Positions 1 to 8,560 of a DNA stretch of 59,501 nt are shown piece by piece. The DNA comes from a virus. The stretch lies in the IMG/VR virus record IMGVR_UViG_3300039098_000024, positions 1 through 59,501 of that record. One strand, 5' to 3'. A program made the position numbers and the translations under genes. Each line of letters begins with the position of its first letter. The stretch's first letter is position 1. The notes beneath the pieces are model-generated. The model did not search any database, was not told the origin of the DNA, and worked only from the letters and a program-made list of their open reading frames with translations.

Positions 1-53
1 TTAGAATACATGGCGCACCATCAGAGTGGAAGCCAAAAGGAGATCGACTATGA
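1..53 (+). CDS. terL: Large terminase, 3' end (wrap-around copy of 59403-59455)
   Basis: Same sequence and frame as the end of ORF 57569-59455; TGA at 51-53. Confidence 0.85.
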   Translation, partial: RIHGAPSEWKPKGDRL

Positions 54-99
54 AAAACTTTTTAATCGGCTTTATAATATTAGCAATAGTTACTTTATG
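1..99. repeat. Terminal direct repeat; 1-99 is identical to 59403-59501 (circular or terminally redundant assembly overlap)
   Basis: Direct comparison of the first and last 99 nt of the window. Confidence 0.95.
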
Positions 100-439
100 T
101 AGTTTACTAGTTGTTAATGAGGTTAACAGACTTGGTCGTTTAGACGACGTATATTACTTTGGTACAATGACAAATGAGAATAGCTTTATCGACAATTTAA
201 TTAATGACAATGTAATCTATACTTTTACATCTATAGACGGTGAGATTTATACATTATCGTTTACTAACGATATGTTAGAAGAAGATACTCAATATAAACT
301 AGAGTATAAAGCTATGACAATACTACAGACCTACAGACGTAGCCATTACCCTAACTTTAAGAAAATAAACGGGGATTGGTATAGCTTAGAAAATATTACG
401 TTAGTACCAGTTGAAGACGTAGAAGTAGAGGTGGTATAA
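50..439 (+). CDS. Small N-terminally membrane-anchored protein (129 aa)
   Basis: ATG at 50 overlaps the terL stop (ATGA). MKNFLIGFIILAIVTLCSLLVV is a hydrophobic anchor. The GTG at 26 lies inside terL and is not preferred. Confidence 0.7.
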   Translation: MKNFLIGFIILAIVTLCSLLVVNEVNRLGRLDDVYYFGTMTNENSFIDNLINDNVIYTFTSIDGEIYTLSFTNDMLEEDTQYKLEYKAMTILQTYRRSHYPNFKKINGDWYSLENITLVPVEDVEVEVV

Positions 440-2607
440 TGAGAGCTAAACAACTTTTAAAACGTACACCAAAACCAAGTGTCTTAGACTCTAATGTATT
501 AGAGTATTTGAATGCTGAACCTGGAAAGAACTTATATCTTAACACTGCTCTTGAAACGAAGCTAGTTGGTTTATGGGATCAGAAGTATGTAACCGCTAAA
601 GAAGAGTTTAATAACAGTCGTTGTAACCCAGAGAAACTTAAGGTATGGCGAGATGCTTTCTTAGGTAACTTCAAAGAGTTAAACGACAATGGTACACCAA
701 CTACAAAATCTCAGAGGGCTATTAAGAAAATGGCATATGAGATGGTACAAGATAAAGTCAATCCACATATTCCTATGCCTAAAATGACACCTAGATATCA
801 TAGCGATATACAACCGGTTAATGCTACGGAAGCATTAATCAAACAAGAAATGGACAAGATGTTATCTGAGGAAACTCACGACGAGTCAGAACGTGCAACA
901 TTGATTGACTCAACATCATGGTTTAAAGTATCATGGAACCCGTTTGATAATACACACGAAAGATCAGGTATGCCTACTGTTGAGTTATGCCCAGTAGATA
1001 AAGTATTCCCTCAACCAGGTATATCAAACTACAAGAAATTAGAGTATGTATTTGAAGACACTACAATGACATTGTCACAAGTACAAACTATGTACAATAG
1101 AAAAGTTAAAAGTAAAGACAATAACGATCTAGTAGAGGTTGTTGAATGTTACTACTTAAACCAAGATAGACATGTTGGAAAATTTGTATGGGTTAGTGAT
1201 TGTAAGACAGTATTAGCTAACGACTTAGAATGGGGTATGAGACGTAGACGTGAGTGTACAGAATGTCATAAGCCAGTAACAATCGATCCTGAATGTCCAG
1301 CGTGTGGATCAGATACATTTGAGTATGTCGGAGTTAAGTCACAAGAACTAGAAGCAGACTTAAACAAGATTGTTAATAAGTATCGATCTGGTACCTCACT
1401 TGAGGAAAAAGACGACGAGACCAAAGTAGACGAACAAAGCACTATACCAGCCGGTACTAAAATACCATTCTACTTAATTAGACAATTACCATATGTACCT
1501 AAACGTACTATGAAAATAGTAGGTGACATGTACGGTATGTCAGAAGTTCAAGTACACTTAGAACCGCAAGATGCAGTTAATAAATTGTTAAACAAAGCGG
1601 TTAGAAAGTCTCAAGCTTCTAAAGCTTATGCTACTAAATTAAAAGATACTAGAACTGATAGTAGTGACAACAACAGTGAGATAACTTGGATTGAAGTTGA
1701 AAGTGCACAAGAAGGTCAAGCTATTCAAGTTAAACAAATTATGTCTGATATTACTGAAGAGATGGTTATGTCTAACAACTTGTATGACAGCAGTAAAGGT
1801 ACAGCAGGTATAACTGCAACTGATCAAGGTCAGAATGACCCTTCTGCTAAATCAGGTAAAGCTAAACAAGTACAGCTAGCAGCTTCTTCTAAACGTAAGG
1901 CATCACCTAACGTACAAAGGAACGCAGCGTATGCTGGAGTATACGAGTTAATCTTTAAATACTTATTAGCATTCAGTGACGAGGAAAGATCGTTCGTAAG
2001 TTTAATGCCAGATGGTAGCGAGAAAGAAGAAGTTTGGTCTAAGTACATGTTTATAGACACAGACAAAGATGGTAACTTCTACTATCGAGACGACTTTGCA
2101 TTCAGCGTAGATAACGCTAGTGAGATTACTCAGGACAGAGCATCAATGTGGCAGTTAATAGATAATGACTTTATGAATGGTGTTATGGGAACTGAGATAG
2201 ACCCAACTAGAGCATTACAAATGTACTGGCATATGAAAAACCAAGCTGGTTACCCAACTGCTAAGTTTGCAATAGCGTTCTTAGAGAATGCGATTAAACA
2301 CTTACCAACAAGTGTAGAGCAAGCGTTAGTAAACGATCCAGAAGCAGTTGAATTAGCATTAAGTTATATGGAAGATAAAGCTACAGGTAAAGCAGCAGCT
2401 ATTGCGCAGAAGCAACAAGCAGACGCAGCTAAGCCAGCTACTGGAGGACCACAAGGTGGTGCTAGAGCAGGTGCAGGTAAACCAAGTAATAATTCAACTA
2501 AGACACAGCAACAAGGTGCAGCAAATAACAAGACTAGATCAGCTAAAGGCCAAACGACTAATACGACTGCGACTAAGACCGGAGGACAACAAGGAGGTAC
2601 CGAATGA
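439..2607 (+). CDS. Portal protein (putative, 722 aa) with a Q/G/T/A-rich C-terminal tail
   Basis: Large ORF just downstream of terL; size and position are typical of a portal; SD GAGGTGG upstream. Confidence 0.6.
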   Translation: MRAKQLLKRTPKPSVLDSNVLEYLNAEPGKNLYLNTALETKLVGLWDQKYVTAKEEFNNSRCNPEKLKVWRDAFLGNFKELNDNGTPTTKSQRAIKKMAYEMVQDKVNPHIPMPKMTPRYHSDIQPVNATEALIKQEMDKMLSEETHDESERATLIDSTSWFKVSWNPFDNTHERSGMPTVELCPVDKVFPQPGISNYKKLEYVFEDTTMTLSQVQTMYNRKVKSKDNNDLVEVVECYYLNQDRHVGKFVWVSDCKTVLANDLEWGMRRRRECTECHKPVTIDPECPACGSDTFEYVGVKSQELEADLNKIVNKYRSGTSLEEKDDETKVDEQSTIPAGTKIPFYLIRQLPYVPKRTMKIVGDMYGMSEVQVHLEPQDAVNKLLNKAVRKSQASKAYATKLKDTRTDSSDNNSEITWIEVESAQEGQAIQVKQIMSDITEEMVMSNNLYDSSKGTAGITATDQGQNDPSAKSGKAKQVQLAASSKRKASPNVQRNAAYAGVYELIFKYLLAFSDEERSFVSLMPDGSEKEEVWSKYMFIDTDKDGNFYYRDDFAFSVDNASEITQDRASMWQLIDNDFMNGVMGTEIDPTRALQMYWHMKNQAGYPTAKFAIAFLENAIKHLPTSVEQALVNDPEAVELALSYMEDKATGKAAAIAQKQQADAAKPATGGPQGGARAGAGKPSNNSTKTQQQGAANNKTRSAKGQTTNTTATKTGGQQGGTE

Positions 2608-2858
2608 TAAAAAGTAACAGTAAAGTATATGGTGAAATAAATGACGCAAATACTTTGTTAAGTACGCCAGATCTAGGTACTGATAAATATGTAGTAGGCA
2701 GCGGGAATAAAGGTATAAAGACCTTTACTCCTGGTGCTAATCAATTGTTAATAGTTAACGCAGATGGGACGGTGTCAGCACTGCCACTAGGAGTTGCTAA
2801 TAAGACAATAGCTACAGATGGTACTGGGACTATAGTACTTATCGATAAGGAGACTTAA
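2604..2858 (+). CDS. Stand-alone fibre-adaptor domain protein (84 aa), paralogous to the N-terminus of the next ORF
   Basis: SD GGAGG. N-terminal similarity to 2860-4245 (YGE(I/V)N..DT.LS..DL..DKYVV....K..K.F.PGA.Q.L). Confidence 0.7.
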   Translation: MIKSNSKVYGEINDANTLLSTPDLGTDKYVVGSGNKGIKTFTPGANQLLIVNADGTVSALPLGVANKTIATDGTGTIVLIDKET

Positions 2859-2859
2859 T

Positions 2860-4245
2860 ATGGTAAAAGATATTAACAAAGATTATGGTGAAGTAAACAG
2901 TGAAGACACTGTGTTATCTGAGTTAGATTTAACAGCAGATAAATATGTTGTTAGTGCTGATAGTAAAGTAGTTAAGAAGTTCGATCCCGGTGCTAAACAA
3001 ATATTAGTAACTGACGACGATGGTAATGCTGACAGTGAGTCATATGCAACACCTAATAAATATGTAGGCACTGACGAGAACGGTAAACTAGAACTATACC
3101 AAGGACTATACATTCCAGAGGTAGCACCTCCAGGAAGAGAGTTAGTTCTTGAAGTATTAGGAAATGACTTTTCAGCAGCTGCATTAAAAGCAAGTGCTTT
3201 AACTCTAAGTGGTACTAGTTGGTACGAGATAGAGATAGCAGCTGCTGGCGGTGGTGGTGGTGGTAGTAGTTGGCGTAGTGGCGCCCACGTAGATGGCTCA
3301 GACGGAGCGCGTGGTGGTTGGTTCAACGAAACATTTATTGTTAACGGTGATAAAGACTCGACTATACAATATTCATTAGGCACACCTGGTCAAGGTGGTG
3401 CAGGTCCATATCATGACGAGTATAAAGGCGACAAAACAGTTAAAGGTTATTCCCCCGGTGGACAAGGTGGTAAATCACCAATTGTTTACAGTGGTGTAGC
3501 TGGTGCAGCACCAGTAACTGGTCCGCTGTATGAACAAGAAACAAAAGGTGGTCCAGGTCTAGGAGCTCTAGCAGGTGCTGATGGCGGTGGACGAGAACAA
3601 ATAGGTTTAGGTACAGCAGACAGTTACTACCAAGCAGCACCTACGGCAGGTGGCGGTGGAGCTAATGGTCCACACGGTGGCGAAGGAGCTACCGCAAACT
3701 ACTGGTCTAGTTATGAAATGATAGCTACAGCCGGTACTGACAGAATTGCCATAGGTGGTTCAGGTGGTGCAGGTGGTGGCTTAGGTCTAGCAGGTAACGG
3801 AAGTTACGACGAAAATTGGCCATCTAAAGCAGCACAAGGTCAAGGTGGCGGTGGCGGCGGTATGGGTACTCCTAGTGGGTATGCTAACGCAGGTTATAAT
3901 AGTACAGGTGCTACAGCAGGTGCTGGTGGTGGCGGTGGTGGTGCTTCAAAAGTATTACTAACTAACATCAGGTTAACTAAAGACGGTTCACGTATAAGTT
4001 TCCATGAGTTAATTACTGGTGGTGGTGGTGGCGGTGCAGGTGCATCAAGTAAAACTACTGAAACTGGTTGGCAAGACAATGGTGGCGTAACAGCTCCAGT
4101 AGCTGGTGGCAATAACCAAGACTCTAACTTAGGTGGAGGCGGTACAGCTGGTGTTAAAAGTAGCACCTACGGAAACACGACAACTACTGAAGTGCGAGGC
4201 GGCTCAGGCGGTGCAGCATATATTAGAATATGGAGGCGATACTAA
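2860..4245 (+). CDS. Glycine-rich adhesin/fibre protein (461 aa)
   Basis: N-terminal adaptor domain, then WYEIEIAAAGGGGGG, repeated poly-Gly runs and a C-terminal GGSGGAAYIRIW. This resembles glycine-rich (polyglycine-II type) phage adhesins. Confidence 0.7.
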   Translation: MVKDINKDYGEVNSEDTVLSELDLTADKYVVSADSKVVKKFDPGAKQILVTDDDGNADSESYATPNKYVGTDENGKLELYQGLYIPEVAPPGRELVLEVLGNDFSAAALKASALTLSGTSWYEIEIAAAGGGGGGSSWRSGAHVDGSDGARGGWFNETFIVNGDKDSTIQYSLGTPGQGGAGPYHDEYKGDKTVKGYSPGGQGGKSPIVYSGVAGAAPVTGPLYEQETKGGPGLGALAGADGGGREQIGLGTADSYYQAAPTAGGGGANGPHGGEGATANYWSSYEMIATAGTDRIAIGGSGGAGGGLGLAGNGSYDENWPSKAAQGQGGGGGGMGTPSGYANAGYNSTGATAGAGGGGGGASKVLLTNIRLTKDGSRISFHELITGGGGGGAGASSKTTETGWQDNGGVTAPVAGGNNQDSNLGGGGTAGVKSSTYGNTTTTEVRGGSGGAAYIRIWRRY

Positions 4246-4832
4246 TGAAAGAATATTTGTTTAATAAAATAGAGAATTTACCTAGTACTATAAGTACTAT
4301 ACTTAGTCAAACAGTACCAACTATTGGAATATTTGAAAATGACGAAAGTTGTGTATTTAGAAAGCCTGGTGACGATCGAATAGACGTAGGTCGTTGTGAA
4401 GTATTAGAAATACCTATAGTTGATATTCCATATACGAAAGGTGCAGTAATATCAAATACTGGAGATTTAGCTATAATGATATATATGCCTAATACAAATA
4501 AAATTACTTGGGGCACATATGTATTCAATAAGTTAAAAACGTATTTAATATCACAAGGGTTACGTATAACATTATCTAGTAATGACATATTATTATATAA
4601 TAAAAAAATTGGTGGATACTCTGAGAGTATCGAGTCACATGGAACTATAGGTGTATTATTTATAGCTATGGAAGATGCCCAAGATATTGTCAATACTATA
4701 TGTTTAAAACATACTGACAAACAAACTGCTGGACTACATGACTATGGAATAACTACTAACGAAGTAAGAGCAGAAATTATAAAAGCAAGCGAAGACTATT
4801 TAAAAGCAATAGGCTTGGAAGGAGGTAATTAA
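4245..4832 (+). CDS. Lipoate-protein ligase (LplA/LipB, BPL family)-like protein, 195 aa
   Basis: TAATG start overlap with SD GGAGG. Motifs KGAVISNTGDLAIMIY (cf. LplA GGGAVFHDLGN.CFTF), SSNDILLYNKKIGGYSE (cf. GRNDL..x..RKVSGSA) and HGTIGVLF (cf. HHGTLLL). Confidence 0.45.
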   Translation: MKEYLFNKIENLPSTISTILSQTVPTIGIFENDESCVFRKPGDDRIDVGRCEVLEIPIVDIPYTKGAVISNTGDLAIMIYMPNTNKITWGTYVFNKLKTYLISQGLRITLSSNDILLYNKKIGGYSESIESHGTIGVLFIAMEDAQDIVNTICLKHTDKQTAGLHDYGITTNEVRAEIIKASEDYLKAIGLEGGN

Positions 4833-5737
4833 TGTTTACGTACGGCAATGAAAGAGAAGTACAGCAAGGTGAGGAATGGAACTTAGATATACTAGTTAGC
4901 CAATCTGAGGAAGAGTATATACCATTTATCGTTTCAAGTGAAAGAGAAAACCCGATGTGGGCTATCACTGTAGCATCTACTAAATTCGAAAAGAATGAAC
5001 GATATGTAGCTACTTGGTGGTTAGACTTACTACAAGGTGATGGACCTACTTACGAAGCTGACGAACAAGGGGACTTACAAAATACAGGTTTACCTAGATT
5101 TTACCAGACAGTTCCAGACACTACTACATTTGGCGAAGTTGCAGATAACACACCTTTGACTAGACCTGCTGGTGACGAGCCAATGGCAGTACTATATCAG
5201 TATACTAAAGCGAGTGATGCAATTGACGAAACTCTTGGTCATAAACCTTACTATTATATATACTTCCCAGTAGACGACCCTGAGAACCCAGTACATGGCT
5301 ATGAGTGTAGAATTCGTATGCAATTCAAAAGTACAGAAACTGCTGAATGGGGCAGTCAAAACTATTCGTACCAAATAACACTAGTAGACACAATTGAAAT
5401 GGGAGACTATGTACAAGACGCTTATGAAACTTACCCTGACTTAAATTGGAAAGAGTGGGTAGACACTTCGGATCCTGATTGGGTACAACCTGAACAAGAA
5501 CCTGGAGAGTCGACGGACGACTATAATATTAGAGTCGCTGAGGCATGGAGAGTATTTAGAAACGAGTGGATCATAGAGAACATCGTTGAACTATACAATT
5601 TCATTAAACTTAGAATACCAACATGGTTTCAACTAGACATTGACGTAGATGCACCAGTAGGACAAATTGACATACCACAAGTAATACTACCACCAACTAA
5701 ACTAAGAGTTAATAATAACATACGCAGGTTAATATAA
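4832..5737 (+). CDS. Hypothetical virion/tail-associated protein (301 aa)
   Basis: Long ORF with SD GGAAGGAGG, inside the fibre module. Confidence 0.7.
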   Translation: MFTYGNEREVQQGEEWNLDILVSQSEEEYIPFIVSSERENPMWAITVASTKFEKNERYVATWWLDLLQGDGPTYEADEQGDLQNTGLPRFYQTVPDTTTFGEVADNTPLTRPAGDEPMAVLYQYTKASDAIDETLGHKPYYYIYFPVDDPENPVHGYECRIRMQFKSTETAEWGSQNYSYQITLVDTIEMGDYVQDAYETYPDLNWKEWVDTSDPDWVQPEQEPGESTDDYNIRVAEAWRVFRNEWIIENIVELYNFIKLRIPTWFQLDIDVDAPVGQIDIPQVILPPTKLRVNNNIRRLI

Positions 5738-5747
5738 GGAGGTAATC

Positions 5748-8258
5748 ATGCCAAATATATTTCAACAAAAAGTAGTACCGAATAAGCCTAAGGTATTAGC
5801 ACAAGAACGTATATACGTATACATGCCTAAATCGGCTACAGGTAAAGCTGGACTAGCATCATTCAACCCAAGAGACTTTAAAGTCTTAGATGGTTATGTG
5901 TCGTCAAGATGGCCAGTAGAGATGCTGGTAGAAGACTTAGCAGATCCAACACTTAGACCATCATTGTCAAAAGTATTGTCGGACGAGTTTATAAAAACTA
6001 CTGATCCGGTAACTTTAGTCAATCCTGTAACAGGTGTTAGTTATGCTAGTAGCACGGCAGAGATCAAGTTGAACAGAATAGCTAGAGACGCGACTATCAG
6101 ACCAGACTTAGTTATGCTAGAGACTGAAGACTTTGAAGCAACAGAGACCGGCGAGGGCTACAATAATTACAGTCTAAAACGTAACAACCCATTAATCACT
6201 CCAAGTCTAATACAAGTAGATAATGAAGACTTCGTTAGAGAGGACGACATTGTTAAAGTAAACTGGGGATTTGCACACGATAAACTTACTGGTAGTAATA
6301 ATGGCTATGGTGCAGTACGTGTGGCAGACGACAGTGCAGGCAATCTAAACTTTAGTGCTGAGGACAATCTACAAGTTGACATAGATGCATTAAAGATTAG
6401 TCTAGGTAGTTACGATAGTGAAGGTAATTTAATTGTAAATGTGACTAAAGAAGATGTAGGTCTAGGGAATGTAGATAATGTAGCTTTTACAGATAGAATA
6501 TATACTGACTTTGGCACTGACATGAAAACACACTTTAATACTGAGTTCGGTTTAAAATTAGATCAAGCTGACTACGACACACTATTTTCAGACTGGGCAC
6601 CAGATGCACTCGAAAAGAATACTGTACAAAAATACTTTACATTCTTAGAAGGTGAAGACGCATCTATACGAGACAGTATTAGTGCAGGTCAAATCTTCTT
6701 AGGGTTCTATGCTGACGAAGCAGCTTTAATAGCAGCTCACCCAGCAACAGCGTTACTAGAAGGTTCATATGCAATATTAGCTTCTACCGACACTAACTGG
6801 TCAGTACGCTTTAATGTTGTATGGGAATGGTATGACACTACAACTAGTAGTATTGGTTTCAGTGACTTAGCTGAAACAGTAGCTGCAAATGTAGTAGCTA
6901 ACGGGGCAAGTGCTTCAGTTGGTAATACTGGTAAATGGGCACAATCAAATCACGTGCATCCATACGACACGACTAAACTAGATACAGACACAGAACTACT
7001 ATTAACTACAGAAGCACCAAATGCAAATGACTTTACAGCATTACTATCAGCAGGGACTATTAATATACCTTTTGTTAGAACAGCACAATACCTACATAAC
7101 TGGAAAGACAATCCGACTATATTTACACAAGACGCAGATAGCAATGAATACTACTGGGCAGGAACTGAAGCTGAATTTGCAGCATTAGATTTAGGTGATA
7201 TACCAGAAGGTGCAATACTACATGTTGAAGACGAAGGTATTGTAGAGGCTGCTGGAACACTTGCCACTCAAGAACAATTAAATGTAAGTGGTTTACAAGT
7301 GACTGATGCATATACGGCTAGTACTGAAAGATTTATAATTGTTGATCAAGCAGTTGATCTAACAGGAGTTCCAGTATCAGTAGTTAGTGAAGTAGCTGCT
7401 GGTGACTTAGGCGAACGTAGACGATTAATTCCATTTGACTTTGGAGCAGTACAACAAATACCAGGTCTACATAGAATGGCAATTGTACAAAGTTCAGCGA
7501 ATGGTGATACTCTAACTCAAAGATCGTTCGTACCAAGCCGAGCTATTATTAGTGACACTAGTGGCAACTTAGAAGTATCGGCAGTACATGCAGATAATTT
7601 AATTGTTACTAGTGCAGCGAGTACAGCTATCGATTTAACACCAAACAGATTACTTAGATCTATAGGTACCAGAACGGTAGAAGCTTTCGAAGCAGGTGTG
7701 ATTGCTAATAAACCAATCACAGCTAAAGGTGATGGTGATATTAAAGTATTATCATTAGCTGGAAATAGAGTTGTATTTACTGACACAGATGGTGGTCTAA
7801 CTAATAGTGCTCACGCAACTGAGAACGTACTATTGACTGGATCAACTGATACGGTAGTTACTTTAGCTACAGACAAACTAATAGTCAGTGGAGCAAACAA
7901 TGTAATGTCTACTTGGGACTCAGGCGGTGTAGCAGGTACTATGATAGTACGTGGCGCTAGTGATGGTCAAATAGCTATACGCACACATGCAGCAACTAAT
8001 CGAATATTAGTTACTGGAGCAGACGGAACAGTCGCTGAACTAGGTGCAGGAACTACAGGACAGTACTTAGTATCTACTGGATCAACTATACCAGGTTGGG
8101 CAGATGGTCCAAGTACATTCACTAATTTACCACAAACACGATACACTACTAACCCAGAAGCAGTCGTAGCTAATGCTTTAGACGGCTTAGCAGCAGTTGT
8201 GCTAGACGCCGCTCCATTAGTGACGGAACTTAGAAATAACTGTATATATTATTATTAA
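5748..8258 (+). CDS. Tail fibre protein (836 aa)
   Basis: VGLGNVDNVAFTD and SNHVHPY motifs typical of phage fibres. Repeated L(V/I)xTxxDGxx motifs near the C-terminus. Confidence 0.75.
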   Translation: MPNIFQQKVVPNKPKVLAQERIYVYMPKSATGKAGLASFNPRDFKVLDGYVSSRWPVEMLVEDLADPTLRPSLSKVLSDEFIKTTDPVTLVNPVTGVSYASSTAEIKLNRIARDATIRPDLVMLETEDFEATETGEGYNNYSLKRNNPLITPSLIQVDNEDFVREDDIVKVNWGFAHDKLTGSNNGYGAVRVADDSAGNLNFSAEDNLQVDIDALKISLGSYDSEGNLIVNVTKEDVGLGNVDNVAFTDRIYTDFGTDMKTHFNTEFGLKLDQADYDTLFSDWAPDALEKNTVQKYFTFLEGEDASIRDSISAGQIFLGFYADEAALIAAHPATALLEGSYAILASTDTNWSVRFNVVWEWYDTTTSSIGFSDLAETVAANVVANGASASVGNTGKWAQSNHVHPYDTTKLDTDTELLLTTEAPNANDFTALLSAGTINIPFVRTAQYLHNWKDNPTIFTQDADSNEYYWAGTEAEFAALDLGDIPEGAILHVEDEGIVEAAGTLATQEQLNVSGLQVTDAYTASTERFIIVDQAVDLTGVPVSVVSEVAAGDLGERRRLIPFDFGAVQQIPGLHRMAIVQSSANGDTLTQRSFVPSRAIISDTSGNLEVSAVHADNLIVTSAASTAIDLTPNRLLRSIGTRTVEAFEAGVIANKPITAKGDGDIKVLSLAGNRVVFTDTDGGLTNSAHATENVLLTGSTDTVVTLATDKLIVSGANNVMSTWDSGGVAGTMIVRGASDGQIAIRTHAATNRILVTGADGTVAELGAGTTGQYLVSTGSTIPGWADGPSTFTNLPQTRYTTNPEAVVANALDGLAAVVLDAAPLVTELRNNCIYYY

Positions 8259-8272
8259 GGAGGTCATACTAT

Positions 8273-8560
8273 ATGGCAACAGACGGTGGACAAATACGCA
8301 TAGCTGGTAAAATACTAGCTGAGCAAAATCATTCAAAAACGGTCACTAGTAATAGTACTATGACCTTAGATAAAATTGCAGTAGGGAATGGGGCAAAGCG
8401 CCTCGTACCCCATACTGTAGGACAAGCGGGTATACTGATAACTAACGCACTTGGGAATGCTACATTTGTACCAGTCCCAGCTGGTGAAGCAGGTTATAAT
8501 AAACTACTATACTCTAACGCTAACTCAGAGTTAGAGTGGGTAGACAAAGGAGGAGCATAA
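8273..8560 (+). CDS. Small fibre-module protein (95 aa) carrying the same adaptor-like motif
   Basis: SD AAGGAGG. GILITNALGNATFVPVP...NKLLYSNANSELEWVD resembles the adaptor repeats of neighbouring fibre proteins. Confidence 0.65.
   Translation: MATDGGQIRIAGKILAEQNHSKTVTSNSTMTLDKIAVGNGAKRLVPHTVGQAGILITNALGNATFVPVPAGEAGYNKLLYSNANSELEWVDKGGA

Noticed and set aside
26-49. GTG start at 26 for the first ORF; likewise the extended starts at 8536, 13933, 16851, 4230, 36689, 44231 and others given by the ORF track
   Set aside because: The extensions overlap the preceding gene or lack an SD. Internal ATGs with AGGAGG-type sites, often in TAATG/ATGA coupling, fit better.
2883-4166. Antisense ORFs inside the glycine-rich protein gene (2883-3383, 3440-3640 and 3894-4166, minus strand)
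   Set aside because: They are the reverse-complement shadow of GGN-rich coding sequence (Pro/Ala-rich translations). They have no SD and lie fully inside a well-supported plus-strand gene.
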